Below are positions 28,052-36,745 of a DNA stretch of 64,000 nt, in pieces; position 1 is the stretch's first letter; every line of letters starts with the position of its first letter. A program made the position numbers and the translations under genes. A model generated the notes under the pieces. The model was not told the origin of the DNA and ran no database searches. It saw only the letters and a program-made list of their open reading frames with translations. Where the stretch lies: NCBI GenBank assembly GCA_965224195.1, contig OZ245040.1, positions 544,001-608,000 on the forward strand. The letters are read 5' to 3'. The stretch comes from Nitrosopumilus sp. (lineage in GTDB: Archaea > Thermoproteota > Nitrososphaeria > Nitrososphaerales > Nitrosopumilaceae).

Positions 28052-29101
28052 TTATTTTCTACCAAATAATATGTTTGAAATACTATTGTATTTTTTCTTT
28101 AATTTAGCGTATTTCCATAAATAATCTAGAGAAGATGTTTTGTAAATTTCATTTAGATATTCCTCATATGCTTCTTGTCCTTTTTTGATTAGTTTTTTTG
28201 CTATTTTTATTTCATTTTTCATTACATGATCATTATGAATTGCTCTTGCTTTCCAGTCATCCCACAATGCATCTTGATTCATCCTACAAATTGGACAATC
28301 ACATTCTTGGAGTAATTTCATATCTTTTCTTTTTAATGAAACACCACCTCCAAATTTGGCGGTGTTATTCCCAACATATCTCTCAGCCGTACCTGGCAAT
28401 ACAATTTGACCAAATGCTGCTTTTCTTCTATATCCTGATGAATCTGTACTTTCTATTCCTAAATAATATCCTAAATGCAATGAAATTGGCGATGAACCTA
28501 AACCCATAATGTGAACATTGTAATCAGTATTTTTTTTTACACTTTCTACAGTATATGATAACATATCAATCAAATTTTTATTTGGTTGTCTATCTCCAAA
28601 AAATCCCGTATAGTTTGTAAATTCAGGATTAACAATACTTCCGACTGCCAAATAATCTGAATCTCCATATTTTTGAATCCATTTCAAATTTTTCATTAAT
28701 GATTTTTTATTCCAAGCATGAATTGAAGGGACTAGTTTTCCATCCAAATTTGTAGATGATTGCCAATATCGAATATTTTTTGCAGTGTCCTTCCATCTTT
28801 TTTGCATTGTTACCGCAGACATTCCATTTTTGAATGGATAGTCAAATGGAATTGTTTTATCAGGTTCTAATGTCTCTTGAATATCGATAATTTTTTCTAA
28901 ATCTAATTCCATATCTTGCATGTTTGCAGTATATGCGCCATTATCCAAAAATAATTCGCCCACCCTGTATGGTAGTTTTGGTTCATCTTTTCTGTAATAA
29001 TTAATAGCAGAATCCATGACGAAGTCTTTTCTGCGATCTGTTTTTACTGGGGCCTGTGGTTGCTCACCCATCCATAATAAGATCTCCTCCGTTCTGGACA
29101 T
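28052..29101 (-). CDS. tRNA-guanine transglycosylase-family protein lacking PUA domain (DpdA-like)
   Basis: LFLDNGAY, PFDYP, PSIH, YLAVGS, HIMGLG, GIESTDSS, Zn site CDCPIC...HN; only 349 aa. Confidence 0.85.
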   Translation of the reverse strand: MSRTEEILLWMGEQPQAPVKTDRRKDFVMDSAINYYRKDEPKLPYRVGELFLDNGAYTANMQDMELDLEKIIDIQETLEPDKTIPFDYPFKNGMSAVTMQKRWKDTAKNIRYWQSSTNLDGKLVPSIHAWNKKSLMKNLKWIQKYGDSDYLAVGSIVNPEFTNYTGFFGDRQPNKNLIDMLSYTVESVKKNTDYNVHIMGLGSSPISLHLGYYLGIESTDSSGYRRKAAFGQIVLPGTAERYVGNNTAKFGGGVSLKRKDMKLLQECDCPICRMNQDALWDDWKARAIHNDHVMKNEIKIAKKLIKKGQEAYEEYLNEIYKTSSLDYLWKYAKLKKKYNSISNILFGRK

Positions 29102-29129
29102 ACCAAAAAGGTATGAGTATCAGTATTTT

Positions 29130-30126
29130 TACTTTGTCGAACAAATAACAATCTGATCAACTTTATTTCATAACAATAGCTTTGGATCTCACATTCTGAC
29201 CATTCTCATGGTTAACTGGAATCAATACAATGAGAAACTAGTCAGAAGAGGCGAGATCATAATGTCATTTGATGCTATTGATAACTGGCATAAAGAATTA
29301 GAGGTCATGAATCACAACAAAAGAGGTAGAAAGTTTGACTATCCTGATTCATTCATGAAATTATTGGGTTATGCCAGAGTATATTTTGGATTACCATTCA
29401 GACAAACAGAAGGAATGATACGTGCATATTGTAATAGAATTCCAGCAGTTCCTGATTTCACATCAATCCACAAGAGAATAAACAAGCTTGACATCAAAAT
29501 TGATGATTCCATTGGAGATAATAATGAAATCATTTTAGCAATTGACAGCACAGGAATCAAGGTTGCAAACAGGGGCGAATGGATGAGACAGAAATGGCAC
29601 ATGAGGAGAGGGTTTCTAAAAATCCATGTTGGTGCCGATGCCAGAACCAAGAAAATAGTTTCACTCAAAATAACAGATGATTCATCCCATGATGCTGCAC
29701 ATCTGCCAGAACTGGTACAGCAGGCATCACAGAAAGGAAAGGAAATGTAATCAAGGTTCTAGCTGATGGCGCATATGATTCAGAAAATAATTTCTCATAT
29801 CTATATCACAATACAAATGCACTGCCTGCAATCAAAGTTAGAAAGACATCATCCATCAAAACAAAATGTTATCCGAGAAAGAAATCAGTCTTGGCTCAAA
29901 TGTATAATTTGGATTTGTGGAAGCGCAGCGTCAGCTATGGGGACAGGTGGATTGCAGAGTGTGTGTTTTCAACATTCAAAAGGATGCTTGGTGAGTATGT
30001 CATGGCTCACAAAAGAAAATACATGATAAAGGAATTGGAATTAAAAGTCGAGCTGTACAATCTGCTTGCAGGTGCTTGAGGGAATGAAATTAGAAACTAG
30101 TTAGAAATGATTTGTTCGACAGAGTA
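29130..30126 (+). mobile_element. IS5-family insertion sequence (997 bp)
   Basis: 17-bp TIRs TACTTTGTCGAACAAAT / ATTTGTTCGACAGAGTA (1 mismatch); 8-bp TSD AGTATTTT at 29122-29129 and 30127-30134. Confidence 0.92.
29208..30079 (+). pseudogene. IS5-family DDE transposase, frameshifted
   Basis: YNEKLVRRG, IDSTG, then LADGAYD and RWIAECVFS in a second frame; apparent 5-bp GGAAA duplication near 29736-29745. Confidence 0.88.
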
Positions 30127-30964
30127 AGTATTTTAACTTGAGGAAAATTCTCCATCATGTAATCATGTAAAATTTATTTTAAATTTTGATAAAATGTCAT
30201 TATCAAACAATGTACTTAGGCCTCTTTTTGAGATTTTTGATTATCATATAGTTTATAGCTATAATCTAGAATGAATTTTCTGGGCTCTCTAAATGGGCCT
30301 CTAAATTTTACATCAATCACCTCTTTTTCTTCTTTTGTACTAGCACTCATTTCTAACACTCCATTTGCAAACCAAAGAAAATACTCTTCATCGTTTTTTT
30401 CCATGGTTCCTCTTCTCAAAAGATATAATGATTGAATTTTTCTTCTTTGTTCAAACCCCATATTATGGCGTAAGTATTGTGTTGCAATTTGAAAATCAGT
30501 AAATGCTAAAAAGTCAGATATTGCATCGTATGTTACTCGGATGCCATTACAACCTTTCTTTTCCAATTCACTCAATGCATTTTCATATTTTTTGTTAATT
30601 TCATGTGGATCGTATGAATTAGCATAGTGTAAATTGGATTCTTTCAATTTTTTGTTCCATGATTCTTTTTCAGAATCTAGAGAATAACAATCCACAAAAA
30701 TGATGTTATCAAAATTTATATTATTTTCTAAAATCTTTGTATTATTAGGATCCTCATTCTTCATTCGCTTCAGCTCTTCTTCCAACATGTCTTTGATTTC
30801 CCCAGCTGGTCGAGTAAATGTAAAATAAATTGCTCCTGATCCGTAGGATAATCCAGATAAAATAAATCTTAAAAGAATTTTCCAAGGCCGTGTTGTTTCA
30901 TCTGCTAAAATGATTATTGGAAAATAAATTTCCTTATCTTTCTTTGATAATTCTTGATTGATTA

Positions 30965-32033
30965 GACCTCTTGCATAATTAGAAACAAAATACTATCTTT
31001 CATTCTTGACAGATTCTAATTTTATGGAATTGCCATGAATTCTTCTCCCCATTTTATCTTGAAATTAATAATTCCACAAACAATGTCACTTGTTCCATCA
31101 TATCTGCACAATCTATTCCTAAATGTTTCTGAATTGATTCTAAATTTCTTTATCCTGCTAATTGCATGTTCTACTTTTATTCTGATTTTACTTTGTAACT
31201 TGTTCCAATCCTTTTGAGATGCGGCCAACTCTTTTCCTTTTTTTCTCTTGTATGGTAAGATGCTAGTTTGTTTTGGGAAATCTTTCTCAACACCCAAATA
31301 TCCAAGATCATAAAAGACCATTAAATCTTCAGATAGAGCAGGATATTTTATTTTCAGTATTGCGTAATCGTTTCTTCGTCCAGGGGAGTGTGGAGGTTTG
31401 TGAATAATCTCACCATTCAGGTTAATCGTAATTTGATTTTTGATTGTATGTCTTTTCTTTTTGCCTGAATAGTGAGTTTTTCTCTTCTTCTTATTTTTTG
31501 GTCTTGGGATGGGCTGTTCTGTTCCATCAGTAATTGCAATCAGTTCAGGAAAGAATTCCTGCAGTTGCTGTATGTCGTTAATCTTTTTTGAATCAGCATA
31601 CAGTTTGACAGGAATTGGAATTACACATTTCACTGCAGACTCTATTTTTGCAATGTCTCTACACACTGTTGATGAATCAACTCTAAACAGATATTCCAGT
31701 AAATCATAGCTTGTATAGCAACGATAGTAAATTAGCAGCATCAGAATCCTATCCCTTGCTGAAAGTTTGAATGGTCTTCCAGCTCCAATGTTTCTTTTTC
31801 TGTCTCTTTTTGAGAGTCTTTTTCTCTCTGTAATCTTGTATTGTTTCTGTATCTCTTTTGTCAAAAAATCAAACTGTGTTGCAGTTATTCCTGTAAATCT
31901 CAAGAATTGTTTTGGTTTTCTTGCTAGTTTTGTATAATTTAGCATGAAATGAAATGGTTTGTACTTAGCTTTGGATCTTGCTGTGAATGAATTTGGATTG
32001 TTCTATCAGATTTGGCTAATTATGCAAGAGGTC
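30965..32033 (-). mobile_element. IS5-family (ISL2-like) insertion sequence
   Basis: perfect 18-bp TIR GACCTCTTGCATAATTAG flanked by duplicated TA (30963-30964, 32034-32035). Confidence 0.92.
31022..31945 (-). CDS. DDE transposase (HTH plus DDE_Tnp_4 type), intact
   Basis: FLRFTG, GAGRPFKL, TDGTEQPIPRP, YSGKKKRHT, DLGY, RIKVEHAI. Confidence 0.92.
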   Translation of the reverse strand: MLNYTKLARKPKQFLRFTGITATQFDFLTKEIQKQYKITERKRLSKRDRKRNIGAGRPFKLSARDRILMLLIYYRCYTSYDLLEYLFRVDSSTVCRDIAKIESAVKCVIPIPVKLYADSKKINDIQQLQEFFPELIAITDGTEQPIPRPKNKKKRKTHYSGKKKRHTIKNQITINLNGEIIHKPPHSPGRRNDYAILKIKYPALSEDLMVFYDLGYLGVEKDFPKQTSILPYKRKKGKELAASQKDWNKLQSKIRIKVEHAISRIKKFRINSETFRNRLCRYDGTSDIVCGIINFKIKWGEEFMAIP

Positions 32034-32584
32034 TATTGACTCAATTCCCCATTTTTCGGGATTGTTGTGTTTAAACATTGAATCTGATTTTTTAAATTGT
32101 ATATTGTCTATTGTGAGTGTAGAGTATGTTGTTTTTAACAAATGAACAACCCCGAATGTCCAAAATACGATTGCAGTTTTTGTGAAAATATTTGGAACGC
32201 TAGGGTAACTAGCAAGAGAATATGGTTCGCCTCTTACAATTTCAATCAATATTAGAAATACTGATATCCATAAACATACCAGCGACACAAAAATATTTTC
32301 TCGCTTATTTCGTAATGATTCTCTCTTTATAGCAATTGGAATTATTAATGAAAATAATGAATTGGCTATCACAAAAATTGTTAAAATTCTAGCAATTCCT
32401 GCTTGATCTAAGGACGTGTTTGATAAATTTGGAATACTCCAATAAATCAACATTCCTGTTATTGTGAAGAGAATAAATGGAATAAACCAAGATTTGTATA
32501 TTTTATAATGTATTATCTTTTTTGTAAATAATACTATTTCTTTTTTCATAAGTTAACAATCTCATCTTTATTAATCATAATAAT

Positions 32585-32986
32585 TTATCTACAAATTTTG
32601 TTTAGTCTTTCTAACAATTCATTTTTTGACTTCACATGGAAATCTGAAAAATATAATGGCCAAGGAGTAGGAAGGGGATTTGGTGAAAAAAGTATTATTT
32701 TTTTACCTGCTTTTTTAGCTACAAACGCCTCTATAGCAGTTCCAAAACTAGGAGTATCAACTAAAATTATAAGAATATCTGCTTTTTCTATAAATTCTAA
32801 ATCATGCTCCACAATCTTTTTTGATAACTCTAATTCATTTCTAAAATCTTTGATATGTGAATAATCCATGTTTTGTGATTCTATATGGTTGATTGTGTCA
32901 TACCCTTGATTTTTCAACCAATCATAAAATTCCTTTATTACATTAATCCCGCCAAATCCTATAGAACCACATACCATTATTTCCAT
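32585..32986 (-). CDS. nucleoside 2-deoxyribosyltransferase / Rcl-like N-glycosidase
   Basis: VCGSIG, DLEFIEKAD, SFGTAIEAFVA...GKKI with family catalytic Glu. Confidence 0.8.
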   Translation of the reverse strand: MEIMVCGSIGFGGINVIKEFYDWLKNQGYDTINHIESQNMDYSHIKDFRNELELSKKIVEHDLEFIEKADILIILVDTPSFGTAIEAFVAKKAGKKIILFSPNPLPTPWPLYFSDFHVKSKNELLERLNKICR

Positions 32987-33053
32987 TTTAATTCTATTTG
33001 TTCATCCATAAAATATAGTTTAATGTGTTAACCAAATTCTATTTTCAAGAATT

Positions 33054-33980
33054 TCATAATTCATTCCTTGGATCTAAATTTAATTCAATTAATCGTTGAA
33101 TGCATTCATTACAAAACTTTTCAGCCTCTTTTTTTTCAAACATGATACTTTTTTCAGGATCATCACCATACGCCCAGTTATTCACTAATGATAAATGACA
33201 AAAAAAGCCCATGAAAAATGATGGTAATTGCTGCCAAAATTCTGGAATTTTTGTTATGTCCATAAATAATTCCATATTGATTAAATCATAAAAAACATAG
33301 GTAGAGTTTATCAAATTTGTTTCAATTTTTATTTTTGGAGGGGTGATATCATAAAATCCGGATAACAAAAGTGATGCATCGTGGTATTTTTTATTTTTTA
33401 TCAATTCGTAAACATTTACTAAAATTTTATCAGAAGGTTTTTGATAACCTGCATATTCTATTGTTCTACTTCTAAAATTCTCCAAAATTGGATTTTTTAC
33501 TTCTTTCCCTTCAAGGATATCTTCAACTCGTTCACTGTCATTTAGTCCTTGAATTGATTCTTCCACCATATCATCAATGTATATTGAAATCATGTCTGCA
33601 TAATTTTTCCAATTAATATTTCCTTCCGGTAGTAATAGTCTATCATACGCAATTATCAGATAATCCTTGGAAGGCGTCACCATATTGTTAATTTTGCTCT
33701 GAGTACCCTCTTCTCCTTTATTTGGAATTTCTCCCTCACTCATGTATTCTTGCATGTCATCTTTTACATACTCTACAATATCATTTACTTCTTTTTTTGA
33801 AAATTTTGTTCCATCTTGCTTCCAAATAATGATATATTTTGAATTAGGTAAAGAAAATTTGAACTCTATTGATTCCCACGTTCTACCACTTTGTAAATCA
33901 TCAGAAATATGGAAATCATATGGTTCTCCATCCTTATCTGCAAAACCAAAAATATATGATGAAGAATACTTTTTCAACAT
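33054..33980 (-). CDS. hypothetical protein
   Basis: 308-aa ORF, no motif recognised. Confidence 0.6.
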   Translation of the reverse strand: MLKKYSSSYIFGFADKDGEPYDFHISDDLQSGRTWESIEFKFSLPNSKYIIIWKQDGTKFSKKEVNDIVEYVKDDMQEYMSEGEIPNKGEEGTQSKINNMVTPSKDYLIIAYDRLLLPEGNINWKNYADMISIYIDDMVEESIQGLNDSERVEDILEGKEVKNPILENFRSRTIEYAGYQKPSDKILVNVYELIKNKKYHDASLLLSGFYDITPPKIKIETNLINSTYVFYDLINMELFMDITKIPEFWQQLPSFFMGFFCHLSLVNNWAYGDDPEKSIMFEKKEAEKFCNECIQRLIELNLDPRNEL

Positions 33981-34022
33981 AATTATGAATTTGTTTCCAA
34001 TAATAAAAATTCCATTTTTAAT

Positions 34023-34292
34023 CTAATTTGAATCTGCAAATTCTTTGATTCGTTTTGCATAGTCAGTCAAATCGTTAAAAACACACTTGACTCCAAATAA
34101 TTCACATTGCTTCTTTAGCTTATCGTCATTTGTTAACACCACTAAATTTTCTTTATCTGCATACTTGGCCACTGTTGGATCATCGGATTTTAAGGGAGGA
34201 CAATTATCGTCACCTATTTTTCTATACTTGATATCCAAGGTGTCTAGATATCTTGCAAGTCCTAAGACATTTTCATCTATTAGGAATTCCAT
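34023..34292 (-). CDS. DUF5615/Mut7-C-like PIN domain protein
   Basis: MEFLIDENVLGLARYL...DD...A.KENLVVLTNDDKL; start moved to internal Met. Confidence 0.75.
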   Translation of the reverse strand: MEFLIDENVLGLARYLDTLDIKYRKIGDDNCPPLKSDDPTVAKYADKENLVVLTNDDKLKKQCELFGVKCVFNDLTDYAKRIKEFADSN

Positions 34293-34375
34293 ATCTGACA
34301 AACAGTATTTCCTTATTGAATCATGGATTAAAGTTTTCCAAATCAGCGCAATGTACTCAATCATCTATTAAAATT

Positions 34376-35239
34376 TCATTCTAAAAGAATCGAATCATCT
34401 AATTCTCCAGATTCAAATTTATCTAACAGTCCTTCTGGCCATTCTGACTTGTCACCGTGTTTTTGGATTAATTTTTCCTCAATCTCATCCATTTTTTCAA
34501 CATCAGCCTCAATTTTTGCGCGCTTTTGTATGATTTGAAATAGTTCATTCGTTGTTACATAACCTCGCAGACCTGCAAATTTTTCTAAATTGTATGTTTG
34601 AGAAAGATCACCAGATAATGAACTGAGATAGTTCATTGTCATTTTAGTTTGTTTGCACAAAACCAATCCATCCCCAATCATTTTTGCTAAAAGATTTTCA
34701 GCATGATTTACATCACATTTTGTTTCCCGTATAAAATGAAACTTCAAATCATTTTCAGAATACAGTTCTTCAAGTCCCCCTGAAAAAATCAAACCTCTAA
34801 CCAATTCTTTAATTTCATTTTCATCAATATCATCAACTTTTACTGTTGGCTCTAGTGTTTTCATTCCACTTTGAATCATCTTAGAATAGTATTGCATCAA
34901 TTTATGGTCAATATCTGAGATGAACTTTTCAATTTTGAATTTTTCATCCAAGCTTGCATCATCTAAAAATTCCAAGAGCCTGTCTCGCTGCATTTCCATT
35001 CTCTGAATCTGTTTTGTCATCTTTGCAGGAATATTTTGAGCATTAAATTCATGTGCAAGCTGAGAATGCCAATATGCAATGTCACCATTTATGGTATTAC
35101 GATTTACATCAAGTAATTCTGAAATTTTGACCGCAGATCTGTTTTCTTCAAAATGTAAATGATAAACTTGAATTCTTCTTTCCTCTTGCTCTTTTACTGT
35201 ATACCTTCCACCTTTCTTAATCGGCTTAACTAATGCCAT
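34376..35239 (-). CDS. HTH-domain hypothetical protein
   Basis: SAVKISELLDVNRNTINGDI HTH near N-terminus. Confidence 0.7.
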   Translation of the reverse strand: MALVKPIKKGGRYTVKEQEERRIQVYHLHFEENRSAVKISELLDVNRNTINGDIAYWHSQLAHEFNAQNIPAKMTKQIQRMEMQRDRLLEFLDDASLDEKFKIEKFISDIDHKLMQYYSKMIQSGMKTLEPTVKVDDIDENEIKELVRGLIFSGGLEELYSENDLKFHFIRETKCDVNHAENLLAKMIGDGLVLCKQTKMTMNYLSSLSGDLSQTYNLEKFAGLRGYVTTNELFQIIQKRAKIEADVEKMDEIEEKLIQKHGDKSEWPEGLLDKFESGELDDSILLE

Positions 35240-35468
35240 AATTCTATTACGTAATTATCTTTCTTCAAATGGATCATGAGTAAACAGCTGACCTCAGGTC
35301 AATACTGAATCAATCCATTTTCAAAAAGTTGCATAGTTCTGCATAGTTACAATCACAACTGCAAAAAATTACAATACACATTACATTTAGAATTTAAAAA
35401 AAATGAAAAAAAGAATATTTGAAAATAATCAAGTTTAAAATTAATCAAACGAAACTAGTCTAAATCTT

Positions 35469-35600
35469 CTACTTTTGTTGTTTTTTCTGGTAACATTCTT
35501 TACAAAATACGTCTCTGTCTGCTGCTGGCTCAAAAGGAACTTCAGTTTCTTTTTTGCATTCAGAACAGGTACATTTGTACATTTTTCTGTCTTCTGACAT
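35469..35600 (-). CDS. CxxC-x17-CxxC zinc-ribbon protein
   Basis: manual translation MSEDRKMYKCTCSECKKETEVPFEPAADRDVFCKECYQKK. Confidence 0.8.
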   Translation of the reverse strand: MSEDRKMYKCTCSECKKETEVPFEPAADRDVFCKECYQKKQQK

Positions 35601-35692
35601 GACTCACAAGAAGCTTGGTCCTATAATAACAAGCGTATTTACGATTTAGAGTTTAGATTTTTTCCAACAATTGCAAATTCCAATTATCAAGG

Positions 35693-36019
35693 CTATTTTT
35701 TAAATTGTTTTTCTAAAAAATGAAAAAATGATTTACCCTCAAACTCTACATAATCATCTATGGTCTGTGTTTTAAAATTAGTTAGAAAACTATCATACAC
35801 AATTGCTTGTTCATGCTTTAATGGAGTAGGACAAAAACACATCTCAGACCACTCTATTGTTTTTGGTGCAGTTATTTTTGCACGTTTCATAGAACTAACT
35901 ATCTCCGGACCATCTGGTTTCTGATTACTAATTGTACCATCAGTTAATTTTTGATAAAATTCACCTAATTTTTCTTCAATAAACTGCGCCTTTACGGAAT
36001 AAAACACCATTATTACCAA
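35693..36019 (-). CDS. conserved hypothetical protein
   Basis: 108-aa ORF with QKPDGPEI...CFCPTPLKHE motif. Confidence 0.65.
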   Translation of the reverse strand: MVIMVFYSVKAQFIEEKLGEFYQKLTDGTISNQKPDGPEIVSSMKRAKITAPKTIEWSEMCFCPTPLKHEQAIVYDSFLTNFKTQTIDDYVEFEGKSFFHFLEKQFKK

Positions 36020-36131
36020 ATTATCCCATCATTAGATAAATTCTTGGCTATTTGCAAATCTCCAAATTTCAATAAAACAAATACGTACAATTACTACGAA
36101 AGATCTTTAAAGTAAAAACCAAACTTTCATC

Positions 36132-36236
36132 ATGCTTGATTTTAGAAAATATCTAAACTGCCCTGATTGTAAAAATTCCCCGCCCTACTGCACTACACAT
36201 AGAAAGGAAGTAAAGGCAATACTTGCAGAAGAATAA
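36132..36236 (+). CDS. 34-aa Cys/His microprotein
   Basis: MLDFRKYLNCPDCKNSPPYCTTHRKEVKAILAEE; AT-rich TATA-like box about 25 bp upstream. Confidence 0.55.
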   Translation: MLDFRKYLNCPDCKNSPPYCTTHRKEVKAILAEE

Positions 36237-36285
36237 TTTCTAAGAATTGTGAAAGTTTTAATCAACGACTATAATCATATGATAT

Positions 36286-36435
36286 ATGGCAGATCTCAAA
36301 ACATATGAAAAAATAAATGAAGAGATTAAATTCACCGAAGAGGAAACAGTAGAACTGTTAAAGCTAAGTGAAAAGGAAATCCTAGTTTTGATTCTATCTG
36401 AATTAAAAAAGATAACAGCAAATACTGAAAAATAA
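36286..36435 (+). CDS. 49-aa hypothetical protein
   Basis: MADLKTYEKINEEIKF...LSEKEILVLILSELKKI. Confidence 0.5.
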   Translation: MADLKTYEKINEEIKFTEEETVELLKLSEKEILVLILSELKKITANTEK

Positions 36436-36556
36436 CACAAAAGTTTAGAATTTCTTTATTTTTAAATGTGGACTGAATAGGTCTTCGACTCCTATCTAGC
36501 CCACAAAAAACAGCATTTCTAAAGGGATAAAAATCATTTGAAGAATTTAAAATCCA

Positions 36557-36745
36557 TTAATTATCATAACCAACAGTTCTCATACCCACACAAGGCTTGT
36601 TTCCTTTGCTCCAACATTTACAAGAACAAGAAACAGCTTTTCCACTTTTCAAATCTTTAACGACTTTATGAAAAACTCCCTCTCTAATTTTTGATTCAAT
36701 AGATATTGTTTCATATCTATCAGGTTCTTTATCGGGCCCACTCAT
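36557..36745 (-). CDS. small SWIM-like zinc-finger protein
   Basis: SCSCKCW...PC; overlaps upstream gene. Confidence 0.55.
   Translation of the reverse strand: MSGPDKEPDRYETISIESKIREGVFHKVVKDLKSGKAVSCSCKCWSKGNKPCVGMRTVGYDN

Larger units (their letters stand above)
30216..32549 (-). pseudogene. 4-TM protein fused to inactive RecA/KaiC-like domain, interrupted by an IS
   Basis: removing the IS and one TA rejoins 32549-32034 with 30962-30216 into one 420-aa frame (...KWGIESIINQELSK...GAIYFTFTRP...IIFVDCYS...VTYDAISD...FANGVLEM). Confidence 0.82.

Noticed and set aside
28052-29101. Housekeeping archaeosine tRNA-guanine transglycosylase
   Set aside because: Too short, lacks C-terminal/PUA domains, has DNGAY instead of DSGG, and sits in an island coupled to PCNA; not fully excluded without a phylogeny.
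29731-29750. Programmed frameshift in the IS5 transposase
   Set aside because: Better explained by a 5-bp GGAAA duplication; no clear slippery heptamer with downstream structure.
29766-30026. 86-aa ORF inside the IS
   Set aside because: Off-frame shadow; the transposase DDE motifs continue in the frame ending at 30079.
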